Assembly: GCA_951813565.1 (NCBI GenBank)
Contig: OX638351.1
Coordinates: forward strand, 2,400,001 to 2,464,000
Source: an uncultured Poribacteria bacterium
GTDB taxonomy: Bacteria > Poribacteria > WGA-4E > WGA-3G
Reading direction: 5' to 3'
Length of the DNA: 64,000 bases
A program made the position numbers and the translations under genes. Of this stretch, positions 10,518 to 20,156 are shown one piece after another; the stretch's first letter is position 1, and each line of letters opens with the position of its first letter. The notes under the pieces were generated by a model. That model saw only the letters and a program-made list of their open reading frames with translations, was not told the origin of the DNA and ran no database searches.

Positions 10518-13500
10518 ATGAATATTGATACAATTTTTACCGTAAAAAATGAACATCTTAGTCAATTTGATCAAAAAACATCAGTTGAGTTCTTTCAGCA
10601 GCTGCTTTGGGCAGAAGCACGAAGACTTGGAGTGGAAATTAGCAAGATTACTGTTTCTAGTTGGGTTAATAATCCTGACGGTGGCGTTGATGCTAATGTT
10701 GATGACGCTCAAATTAAAGGGGGACAAGGTTTAATTAGGCAGGGAAAAACAAGCTATCAGATTAAAGCTGGAGAAACGTTTAAACCGTGGCAAAAGTCAG
10801 TTATCAAGAAGGAACTTTTTGGCACGAAAACACCAAATAGGCAGAATCTTGGAGAGAGTATTCGAAAGTGCCTTGATGGTGATGGAGTCTACATTTTGGT
10901 ATGCACTGGAATTGATCCTACTGAATTCAATCGAGGAAAAATCATCCCGAACATCAAGGATTACCTAAAGCAGTGTGGTTATTCAAATCCCAAAGTAGAG
11001 GTGTTTACTCAGAATACTCTCAGAGGATTCCTTGAGGTGTTCCCATCATTAGCATTGTGGGTCAATGGGAATGATCGAGGATTTTTCCAAACCCATCAGA
11101 GTTGGTCTGAAGATGCGACTATGCGAGTTCCATTTTTCCCCGGCCAATCACAGAATAAATTAATTACTGAAATCCAAAAAGAATTGCGGGAAAAGCATAA
11201 CACAGTTCACGTGCGAGTGTTGGGGGAACCCGGTATTGGTAAAACGAAGCTCGTTTTAGAAGCAACGAAGGTTGATGATTTATCTCCACTTGTTGTTTAC
11301 TGTACTGCCTCTCAATTCTTAGATAGTGTTTTACTGAATGAAATTCTCCGAGACGATAACTCTTTCTCAGTTCTGCTAATAATAGATGAATGTAATCCCG
11401 ACAATAGATCATATTTCTGGAATAAACTGAAACATCGTGGTTCAAGGATTAAATTGATCACTATCTATAATGACTATGAGGAAAAATCTGGAGATATTAA
11501 CTACTATGATGCCCCACCGCTGGATAATGAACAGATTTGTAGCATTGTTCAGAGTTATACTAATATATCCAATGCTGATGCTAATAGATGGGCTGGACTC
11601 TGTAGCGGCTTACCAGAGGTTGCGCACATGATCGGTACGAATTTGAATTCTCATCAAGAAAATCTACTTGCTCCCCTGAGCACAGTCAATTTCTGGGAAC
11701 GATGTATTTTCGGAGGCGAGGACCCAACAATACCAGATGTAGCGGACCGTTGGCCGGTACTTCGTTATTTAGCACTCTTTAAACAATTTGGCTTTAAAGG
11801 TAATGTTTCCGAAGAATTCAGTGCAATTGCAGAAATTGTGGAGAATGCTTTCCCGTCGATTACTCAACAAAGATTCAAAAAAGTTGTTTTAGACCTGAAA
11901 AAACGTGGTACCCTAAAAGGTGACTATACACTCCGCATTACTCCAAAAGTCCTACATATCAAGTTATGGTTAGAGTGGTGGGAAAATTACTATGCTGAAG
12001 ATTCTGATCTTGTGGAGTTAACACGAGGCTTTACACCAAACTTGTTCGATTGGTTCTGTGAGATGTTTAAATATGCCGCTGAGTCGGAAGAAGCATCAAG
12101 GATTGTCAAGCAGCTCCTTGGACCACATGGGCCATTTCAATCAGACACTTCGTTGAGAAATCTTAATAACAAATTCTTTTTAGCACTAACTGAAGCAGAT
12201 CCAGAATCTGCTTTAAAGTGCTTAGTGCGAACAATCGGTACTTGGGATAAAGAAACTCTTTTAGAATTTACTAATGGTCGGAGATCGGTGATATGGGCTC
12301 TTGAAAAAATTGCTATATGGCGAAAATTGTTCCCTAATGCAGCAAGGTTGCTCCTTGCACTCGGTGAAGCAGAAAATGAAAGAACATCGAACAATGCAAG
12401 TGGAGTATTTGCTGAACTTTTCTCATTAGGACCAGGTGCGGTAGCTCCTACAGAAGCATCCCCAGTAGAACGTTTACTTGTCTTAAAGGAAGCATTTGAG
12501 TCTGAATCAAAAGAACGGCGAAGCTTGGCATTAAAAGCATGCGATAAAGGTTTAATATCCGGCCATTTCTCACGGATGTCAGGAGCAGAATATCAAGGAT
12601 TACGCAAGGAACCAAATTTTTGGTTTCCCAAAACACACGCTCAGTGGTCGAAAGCCTACCGTTCCGTATGGCAACTCTTGTTTGAGCAATTGGAACATTT
12701 ACCTGAAGATGAACGTAAACAGGCTGCGGGGATTCTGCTTGGTCATGCAGGATCACTTGCAAGAAAGCACAATTTAGGCAATATGGTTGTAAACACAGTC
12801 GAAACAATTAGTAAAAATGGATATGTAAACGAAAAACAGATTATTGAGACAATTAGCCGAATTTTGTTTCATGATGACTCCTATGTTGAAAACAAAGGAC
12901 TACCAAAGAAAATTAGACAGCGTTTTGAAAAACTTCAAGACGAATTGATTGGTTCCGACTTTTCTTCGTTAATGCAACGCTATGTTGGGATGGATATGGT
13001 TGAAGACCTTCTTATTGAAGACAGAGATAAAGTTGATAAAGTTAAACCCTACCTTGAATCACTAGCGAAGCAATCTGTAGATAATCCTGCACTTTTGAAA
13101 TCGGAATTATCATGGCTTGTGACTACCGAAGCAAAGAATGGAAACAAGTTTGGGTATGAACTTGGACAGAGAGATAAATCGCTTTCACTTCTACCAATGC
13201 TTCTTGATGCCCAACGAAACACAAAGGATAATATCAGCACTTATTTTTTGGGTGGTTATTTCCATACGATCTTTGATACTGATTCAGCACTATGGGAGCA
13301 ACAACTTGACGTACTCTGTGAAGATATCACTCTTAACACAATAGTACCATCGCTTACGCACTATTCGGGTCTGACTGATCAAGCAGGACTTCGAATTCTC
13401 AACATGGCAAAAAACGATATTATTAATATCTACGATTTTGAATTATTCAAATACCAAAATGCAATTACCAGTCTATCCGAAAATATTTTTGAAGCTTGGA

Positions 13501-14336
13501 TAGAATTTTTATTGGATATTACCGACAGGTCAGCTGTACATATTGCATTGAAGTTATTCCACAGTTACTACATTTTTCGAAAACCAGAATCTACTTTACC
13601 AAATGAACTCACATTCCGCCTCCTTTCACATCCAGAATTATTTAAAGAATCCGATAATTATCAGTATGATACAATGACAGATTTTTATTGGACAGAAACA
13701 GCGAAAGGTTTTCTAAACCTCTATCCAAAAAAGGCTTTAGAACTAGTACAATGCATGCTGGTGCCCTTTGGTAGCGACAGAACAATCTTTGATTCTTTCT
13801 CACAAAGTTGCTCGTTTCTCACTGAAACAACTAAAAAATATCCCGCGGAGGTTTGGGAGTACGTTAGTGAATATTTGGACAGTCGTGATAATTTTTCGAG
13901 AACTATATCTTTAGCAAATTGGCTTAGAGAAGCAGATCTTTCGGAAACAGAAAAAGAAAAAGGAGCATTAACCTTAATTCCACGCGAAAAAATATGGGAA
14001 TGGGTTGATCAAGACGTGGAAAATCGCGCGTGGTATCTTGCCAGTGAATTTGTTCCAAAGACCCTTTTAATAGAAGACTGGTGTGGTTCGTTAGCCCGTG
14101 ATCTTCTTGTTAGGTATGGAGATCAAGAAGATGTTAGAAGCACATTGATATCAAATTATTCAACCGAAGGATTCTGGGGACCTGCTAGTTTATACTATGG
14201 AGAGAAACTACAAAAATTAGTTGACATCCAGAACAACGATAATGACGAAAAAGTCAATTATTGGATTAACGAATTTGTACCCTTTCTTGAAGAGCAAATT
14301 GAACATTCAAAGATACGCGAAGAAAGAATGTCTTAA
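10518..14336 (+). CDS. STAND-class NTPase with N-terminal PD-(D/E)xK nuclease-like domain (Avs-like candidate defence protein)
   Basis: PDGGVDA...YQIKAG nuclease-like motif, Walker A GEPGIGKT, Walker B LLIIDE, GLP motif, long helical C-terminus. Visibly more AT-rich than its neighbours. Confidence 0.7.
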   Translation: MNIDTIFTVKNEHLSQFDQKTSVEFFQQLLWAEARRLGVEISKITVSSWVNNPDGGVDANVDDAQIKGGQGLIRQGKTSYQIKAGETFKPWQKSVIKKELFGTKTPNRQNLGESIRKCLDGDGVYILVCTGIDPTEFNRGKIIPNIKDYLKQCGYSNPKVEVFTQNTLRGFLEVFPSLALWVNGNDRGFFQTHQSWSEDATMRVPFFPGQSQNKLITEIQKELREKHNTVHVRVLGEPGIGKTKLVLEATKVDDLSPLVVYCTASQFLDSVLLNEILRDDNSFSVLLIIDECNPDNRSYFWNKLKHRGSRIKLITIYNDYEEKSGDINYYDAPPLDNEQICSIVQSYTNISNADANRWAGLCSGLPEVAHMIGTNLNSHQENLLAPLSTVNFWERCIFGGEDPTIPDVADRWPVLRYLALFKQFGFKGNVSEEFSAIAEIVENAFPSITQQRFKKVVLDLKKRGTLKGDYTLRITPKVLHIKLWLEWWENYYAEDSDLVELTRGFTPNLFDWFCEMFKYAAESEEASRIVKQLLGPHGPFQSDTSLRNLNNKFFLALTEADPESALKCLVRTIGTWDKETLLEFTNGRRSVIWALEKIAIWRKLFPNAARLLLALGEAENERTSNNASGVFAELFSLGPGAVAPTEASPVERLLVLKEAFESESKERRSLALKACDKGLISGHFSRMSGAEYQGLRKEPNFWFPKTHAQWSKAYRSVWQLLFEQLEHLPEDERKQAAGILLGHAGSLARKHNLGNMVVNTVETISKNGYVNEKQIIETISRILFHDDSYVENKGLPKKIRQRFEKLQDELIGSDFSSLMQRYVGMDMVEDLLIEDRDKVDKVKPYLESLAKQSVDNPALLKSELSWLVTTEAKNGNKFGYELGQRDKSLSLLPMLLDAQRNTKDNISTYFLGGYFHTIFDTDSALWEQQLDVLCEDITLNTIVPSLTHYSGLTDQAGLRILNMAKNDIINIYDFELFKYQNAITSLSENIFEAWIEFLLDITDRSAVHIALKLFHSYYIFRKPESTLPNELTFRLLSHPELFKESDNYQYDTMTDFYWTETAKGFLNLYPKKALELVQCMLVPFGSDRTIFDSFSQSCSFLTETTKKYPAEVWEYVSEYLDSRDNFSRTISLANWLREADLSETEKEKGALTLIPREKIWEWVDQDVENRAWYLASEFVPKTLLIEDWCGSLARDLLVRYGDQEDVRSTLISNYSTEGFWGPASLYYGEKLQKLVDIQNNDNDEKVNYWINEFVPFLEEQIEHSKIREERMS

Positions 14337-14360
14337 CATACTCGGAGATACATAACAGAA

Positions 14361-16568
14361 ATGCAAGACCAGCAAGGACACCTTGAATTCTTCTCAAACG
14401 GTTCCATCATAATTTTGGGACTGATTATCGTTGCTGTAACCGGCGTCCTATGCTGGTTTGCATGGCACCGCAGCGGTTACCGTACACGTATCGGATGGCT
14501 TGAGTTGCTGCGTTTTGTGCTTGTTTGCCTTGTAATTGTCACGCTAAACCAACCTGAATGGTTAGAATCACAGCCGCCGGAACAACGTTCTACACTTGCT
14601 ATCCTGTGGGACAAATCTAATAGCATGCTAACACGGGATATAATTGACGATCAAGATGCTGCTGCCAAACGTAAAAACCGCGCTGAAACGATACAGCCAC
14701 TAATGTCCGAAGATGTTTGGAAATCTGAAGAAGATACTGAACTCAACGTAGTATTCGAGCCGTTCTCTTCACTGTTAGACCCCGCAGAAGAAGCAACAGA
14801 TATAAACGCAGGGCTATCGCATGTTTTGGACAATCATTCCAATCTTCGCGGCGTAGTGCTACTATCAGATGGTGATTGGAATATTGGGGACTCACCCGTA
14901 AAGGCTGCGACACGGTTCCACATGAAAGGAGTCCCTGTTTTCACCGTGGGAGTCGGCAGTGCAGTCCCATTGCCCGACCTTGAGTTAGTGAGTATAGATG
15001 CCCCAACCTATGGCGTAACAAAAAAGCAGCTGCGTATTCCGTTTGTCGTCCGAAACACCTTGGGGCAGGACAGAGACGTGCATCTAACGTTAAGCATTGA
15101 TGATGTGCCAACGACAACCAAAACTATCACTGTTTCCGCTATGGGGCAAGCACAAGATAATATGGCATGGACGCCACAAGAAACAGGTAATTACGACCTT
15201 ACCCTACGGATTGCGAAGGATATTCGAGAGTTGATTCCCGAAAATAATGAACTCTCTGCCCCCATATCTATACGGAAGGAGCAGTTGAAAGTACTTGTTA
15301 TTGAATCTTATCCGCGTTGGGAATATCGATACCTACGTAATGCCTTGGAACGCGATGCAGGTGTTGATGTAACATGCCTGCTTTTTCACCCTAAGTTGCC
15401 GCAGTCTGGCGGTGGACGCGGCTATATTAAACGTTTCCCCGATGCCAGAGAACTTAGCAAATTTGATGTGGTGTTTCTGGGAGATGTAGGTATAGCACCT
15501 GAACAGTTGACGGTCGAACAAGCACAGGATTTACGACAACTCGTCAGCGCACAAGCCGCTGGGATTGTCTTTCTACCGGGACGTTCCGGCGCACAAGATT
15601 CTTTGACCACTGGTCCGCTTGCTGACCTTTATCCTGTTGTCTTGGACCCCGCAACACCGAACGGTGTCGGTTCAAGTGTCCAAGGCTATTTCTCGCTCAC
15701 CGAACCCGGACAACGCAGCTTGCTAACCCGTCTCGGAGATACCGACCTTGACAACAGCGACGTGTGGCGCGCATTACCAGGTTTTTTCTGGTACGCTGGT
15801 GTCAAACGAGCCAAGGCAGGCACAGAAATCTTAGCAGTGCACGATCAGGTTGCTACAGTTTCTGGACGGGTGCCGCTCATCGTCACAAAAACGTATGGCA
15901 CTGGTAAAGTGCTGTTTATGGGAACAGACAGCGCATGGCGTTGGCGTCATGGTGTGGAAGACAGATACCATTACCGCTTCTGGAGTCAAGTTGCACGTTG
16001 GATGGCGTATCGACGCCAGATGGCGCAAGGCGAATCCATACGATTGTTCTACTCACCAGATAGACCACACGTTGATGATGTCCTAACGTTAAATGTTAAT
16101 GTGATGGACAACGTAGGCGGTCCGTTGGATAGAGGCACTGTTACTGTGCAAGCGATTGCGCCCTCAGGTAAAACGGAGACAATCCGACTTCAACCGGGCA
16201 TAGAAGATGCATTGGGGTTGTTCGTCGGGACGTTTGTGCCGAAAGAGTCAGGCAACTATCGCCTCGTTGCGACCAGTAGCGAAACGGGCGCATCAGTTCA
16301 AACAGATCTGTCAGTGCAAGGCTTGAATCGGGAGCAACAAGGGCGTCTCGCGCGTTTTGATGTCCTTGAGGAAATCGCGAAAATTACCAACGGAAAATTG
16401 GTGCCGATTGCTGAAGTGAGCACGTTGTTAGACCATCTGGCAGCCCTACCAGAGCCAGAACCGATTGTCAAACGAACGCGAATCTGGGCGCATCCGCTTT
16501 GGGGCGGATTGATTATCTTACTGCTTGGGTTATTCTGGGTTGCACGCAAAATGGCAGGTACGATATGA
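14361..16568 (+). CDS. vWA + glutamine-amidotransferase-like (DUF1355-type) membrane protein of MoxR clusters
   Basis: N-terminal TMs, LWDKSNSM, VLLSDGDWN, PRWEYRYLRNALERD, YGTGKVLFMGTDSAWRWR, C-terminal TM. Confidence 0.85.
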   Translation: MQDQQGHLEFFSNGSIIILGLIIVAVTGVLCWFAWHRSGYRTRIGWLELLRFVLVCLVIVTLNQPEWLESQPPEQRSTLAILWDKSNSMLTRDIIDDQDAAAKRKNRAETIQPLMSEDVWKSEEDTELNVVFEPFSSLLDPAEEATDINAGLSHVLDNHSNLRGVVLLSDGDWNIGDSPVKAATRFHMKGVPVFTVGVGSAVPLPDLELVSIDAPTYGVTKKQLRIPFVVRNTLGQDRDVHLTLSIDDVPTTTKTITVSAMGQAQDNMAWTPQETGNYDLTLRIAKDIRELIPENNELSAPISIRKEQLKVLVIESYPRWEYRYLRNALERDAGVDVTCLLFHPKLPQSGGGRGYIKRFPDARELSKFDVVFLGDVGIAPEQLTVEQAQDLRQLVSAQAAGIVFLPGRSGAQDSLTTGPLADLYPVVLDPATPNGVGSSVQGYFSLTEPGQRSLLTRLGDTDLDNSDVWRALPGFFWYAGVKRAKAGTEILAVHDQVATVSGRVPLIVTKTYGTGKVLFMGTDSAWRWRHGVEDRYHYRFWSQVARWMAYRRQMAQGESIRLFYSPDRPHVDDVLTLNVNVMDNVGGPLDRGTVTVQAIAPSGKTETIRLQPGIEDALGLFVGTFVPKESGNYRLVATSSETGASVQTDLSVQGLNREQQGRLARFDVLEEIAKITNGKLVPIAEVSTLLDHLAALPEPEPIVKRTRIWAHPLWGGLIILLLGLFWVARKMAGTI

Positions 16569-16910
16569 TTTAGTATTCAAAAACATATATAACCAATTTA
16601 CAACTGCTTTCGGTAGTACGCTGTTAGAACGTTTTCTGTTTGTTCCTAATACCATACTAAAGTTTGGACAATTTTTCTAATTTTCGTAGTAAAGCAAAAT
16701 ACTTGAGGTGCCAAAATAGCCTATTTACAGAATTTGCTTGTCAATTAGAGGTCGCTATGCAGAAATTAGACATAAGAGAACTCTACTAAATTACGCACAT
16801 AGACAATCTTCCTTCTATTCCTGCGCGAGGGGCTTTCTCCACGAAAAAATTGAAGCAGAACAAATATATTTTCAGAAAAGATAATCTTTCAACCAACAGA
16901 GGTATTCATT

Positions 16911-18203
16911 ATGAAACGTTTTGATTTTACCGCTATAGACATTTTTGTTGTGAGTGTTATGCTTTTGCTGATGACATCTCTCCCAAGCATTGCTGCAACT
17001 TTTTCTGGCAAAGTCGTTGATAATGAGGGGAAACCTGTTCCGGGCATTGTTGTGACACTTCAGTCATTCAAAGGCACTTCATTTCCAGACCAATGGAGGT
17101 CCGATCCTGAACCAGCGTTCCCTCCTCCAGTACCAAGTGAGACAGATAACACCGGCGCTTTCTCTATTACGAATATCACGTCACCCTCCGTAAATAAATT
17201 AGTCTTGTTTCCTGAAGGACACGAACCCGATTATGAAGTTATCGGTCTTGAAATTGAGGGCATCCCGTTCTATGTTGACCTGCATATCTTTGATTTTGAT
17301 TTCGGTAGTTTTGCATTTCTGATTGCGCCGGATGCGGATATTACGGACGTAAAAGTTACTGTTCGTCTTCGTATGCGGATCCGTGGACAGGTGCTTTCCC
17401 CAGACGGCACCCCACTTCGGAACGTTCGAGTGAGTTACAAGGTAAAATCACGTTATGTAGGCGGCGGCACCGGTAGTGAAAGCGGATCAATGAAGCTTGA
17501 TGCGGAGGGGCACTTTGTGAGATATGTAGATGAAGCGGGCCATTATACCGTCTCTGTAACATATCAGGGGCAGTCCGCAACGTCTAAGGAGATTTTGCTT
17601 GAAGATAGGCAACGTCTTGATGGATTGGTCTTGACGCTAAAGGGTGAACAGGAAACGCCTACAGAAGTCCTAACGCCACTGAAACCGCCTGTCCCTAAAC
17701 AACAAGCAGCACCAAGGCGGTTCGATCCTGAACGTCAAAGAGCTGCGGTACAGCGGCGTCGCGCTGGCGTATGGATAGTGAATCCTGAAACCCGTCACGC
17801 CTACAAACGAATTTATTGCGAAACCCATGAGGAAGCACAAGAACAAGCGACCGCCGAAGACGCGCATCTCGTTGCCATCAATAGCAAAGCCGAACAGGAC
17901 TGGCTCCGTGCCGTTTTTAGAAAACAAAATTTTTGGATCGGATTGACAGATGGCGAAAAAGAAGGTGAACGGCACTGGGATAACGGTGAACCTGTTACCT
18001 ACACCAATTGGAATTCGCCAGTGCAAACTTCGGTAGGTCAAGACAACGATGCGAACAAGAATTATACTATGCTCATCGGTTTTACAGGAAAGTGGCAGGC
18101 AGTACGCGAAGGCAGTCCCATCGCACGCATGGCAAAAATAGCGATTCTGGAAAAAGAAATGCTCATCGTTGATAACCCGAAGCCTAAAGATGAAAAACGT
18201 TGA
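16911..18203 (+). CDS. Secreted carboxypeptidase-regulatory-like (Ig) domains + C-type lectin domain
   Basis: SGKVVDNEGKPV, GQVLSPDGTPL; CTL motifs AHLVAINSKAEQDWL, FWIGLTD.EKEG..W..GEPVTYTNW. Confidence 0.8.
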   Translation: MKRFDFTAIDIFVVSVMLLLMTSLPSIAATFSGKVVDNEGKPVPGIVVTLQSFKGTSFPDQWRSDPEPAFPPPVPSETDNTGAFSITNITSPSVNKLVLFPEGHEPDYEVIGLEIEGIPFYVDLHIFDFDFGSFAFLIAPDADITDVKVTVRLRMRIRGQVLSPDGTPLRNVRVSYKVKSRYVGGGTGSESGSMKLDAEGHFVRYVDEAGHYTVSVTYQGQSATSKEILLEDRQRLDGLVLTLKGEQETPTEVLTPLKPPVPKQQAAPRRFDPERQRAAVQRRRAGVWIVNPETRHAYKRIYCETHEEAQEQATAEDAHLVAINSKAEQDWLRAVFRKQNFWIGLTDGEKEGERHWDNGEPVTYTNWNSPVQTSVGQDNDANKNYTMLIGFTGKWQAVREGSPIARMAKIAILEKEMLIVDNPKPKDEKR

Positions 18204-18231
18204 ACGCATTAACGTACAAGGAGGTATTAAC

Positions 18232-20070
18232 ATGACGCGTATTATCACAACACACAAACTCGTAGTGTTAGGGGTTTTCCTTTTGTTTGCTGCAACGACT
18301 TTCGCAGCGGAAGAAGTGCCTATAAAACAAGCGTTGAGCAGCTTGTCGGGCAAAGTTGTTGACACAGCGGGGAAACCTGTTCCTGAATTCACGTTCGTTC
18401 TTCAACCGATGCTTGAATTTGATGAACATCTCGTGCCAGCAGATGAGTTTCAAGATTTACCTGAGGGGATGGAAGGTCCAGGGAAACCTCCCGCCATATC
18501 TAAGGTGCAGACTGATTCCGAAGGCACTTTCAAGGTTACCGAACTTCAGCCAGGGTTTTTCCAAATCAACGTTCATTACGATCCGATGCTGGATGCATTT
18601 GACCTATTTGACCCTGAAAATCCGCCGGAAGACGGTGAAATGCCCCCCGAAATGATTCAGAAATTGATGCAGCTTGAGAACCTTGAACCAGCAAAAAAAC
18701 TTATCTCCATTCAATTCGGAAATGTCACCTTTTTACAAAATACAGAGGAACACGACTTCTCTGAAAGGATCACGTTCGCGCTGAAACCGGGTGTGACCGT
18801 TGAAAACGTCAAAATCACAGTCAAGTCGCGCTTGCGGATTAGCGGCCGCATTGTTTACGCCGATGGCACCCCGCTCAAGAACGCGGAAGTAGACCTTGAC
18901 ATACAACATTCAGATGAACGAGGTAGTGACACCTATGGAACCGGCGTTTTTACCGATGCAGATGGGGACTTTACAACATATCAGGATGAACCGGGATATT
19001 ACACGCTTGGTGCTAAATATAAACATTTGACAGCAGGAATAGGCCCTTTTTTAATTAACAATAAGGTGACACCTGATAAACTGGTCTTAAAACTGGATGG
19101 TACCAAAGTTGATATGGTTAAACCACGCCATCCTGATAATCCGCTGGCAAATGATGCTGAAGTTCGCCTTGCTCGCGCGCGATTAGAGGCGCAAAGTGTC
19201 TGGATCGCTAATCCGACGAATGGGCACGCTTACAAAATAATTTCGTGTAGAGATTGGCACGATGCACACCAGCAGGCTATTAGAGAAGAAGCGCATCTCG
19301 TTGCTATCAACGATGAAGCTGAACAGCATTGGCTTGAAGGTGTTTTTGATGACCGATCTTTTTGGTGGATTGGACTAACGGATATGGAAAAAGAGGGGGA
19401 ATGGCAATGGGACGGTAGTGAACCTGTCACGTACACAAACTGGACAACTTTTGAAATCTTTCCCGACAGACTGCCGGACACCCAAAAGGATTACGTTGTA
19501 GTCACACCTCGAGATGGTAGTTGGCAAACTGCTGGTCCTGGGAGTCCACTTTGGCGCATAGCACGACACGCAGTTATTGAAAAAGATGGGTTGCTTTCTA
19601 CAATACCTGCTGAGGCAAAAGATATGGATTTAGACATTGATCCTACTGTCGAATCACCCTTCGGTTTCGGTCCGTATCCACCGATTCCCGACACGTGGCC
19701 AGCTGATGTTGAATATTGGCCCTGTCAATCCGCAGAATTAGAACTAATGCAACGCGTGCGGATAAAACTTGAATCAGAGGGGAAAAATATATCAGGAATG
19801 TCAATGCAAAAGGGATTGGTATATCCAAATTTTCCCGACACTGTTTATGTTGAATGGGCTGAATCTGGCGAATATCTGTCCAGATTCAGTGGAGACCCAA
19901 AGACAAGCCAACGGCTACGAGCCATCATCAAAGCAAAAATGGAACAAGGTAAACCTTTTACGAAAGAGGATGTGCCGGATGACATCAAACTGGTACCTTA
20001 TGATGAGGGAGGAATTGATCCATACCAATTCTTAGGTTTACAAAGAAATGATGAGTCTGAGGAAAAGTAG
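18232..20070 (+). CDS. Paralogous Ig + C-type lectin protein with an extra C-terminal domain
   Basis: RBS GGAGG before ATG 18232. Same architecture (WWIGLTDMEKEGEWQW) plus a ~150-aa tail (SPFGFGPYP...GGIDPYQFLGL). Confidence 0.8.
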   Translation: MTRIITTHKLVVLGVFLLFAATTFAAEEVPIKQALSSLSGKVVDTAGKPVPEFTFVLQPMLEFDEHLVPADEFQDLPEGMEGPGKPPAISKVQTDSEGTFKVTELQPGFFQINVHYDPMLDAFDLFDPENPPEDGEMPPEMIQKLMQLENLEPAKKLISIQFGNVTFLQNTEEHDFSERITFALKPGVTVENVKITVKSRLRISGRIVYADGTPLKNAEVDLDIQHSDERGSDTYGTGVFTDADGDFTTYQDEPGYYTLGAKYKHLTAGIGPFLINNKVTPDKLVLKLDGTKVDMVKPRHPDNPLANDAEVRLARARLEAQSVWIANPTNGHAYKIISCRDWHDAHQQAIREEAHLVAINDEAEQHWLEGVFDDRSFWWIGLTDMEKEGEWQWDGSEPVTYTNWTTFEIFPDRLPDTQKDYVVVTPRDGSWQTAGPGSPLWRIARHAVIEKDGLLSTIPAEAKDMDLDIDPTVESPFGFGPYPPIPDTWPADVEYWPCQSAELELMQRVRIKLESEGKNISGMSMQKGLVYPNFPDTVYVEWAESGEYLSRFSGDPKTSQRLRAIIKAKMEQGKPFTKEDVPDDIKLVPYDEGGIDPYQFLGLQRNDESEEK

Positions 20071-20156
20071 TGTTGTTCTGATAGCTATAGGCATCTACCT
20101 AACGCTTTTTATAGCTGAAAACCAACAGTCAACAGTCACAACAAAGGAGAACTTCA

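Noticed and set aside
17670..18392. 240-aa minus-strand ORF
   Set aside because: It is antisense to two well-supported lectin genes.
16911..20070. Diversity-generating retroelement targeting the lectin genes
   Set aside because: There is no reverse transcriptase in the window, and I saw no template/variable repeat pair with adenine-specific mismatches.
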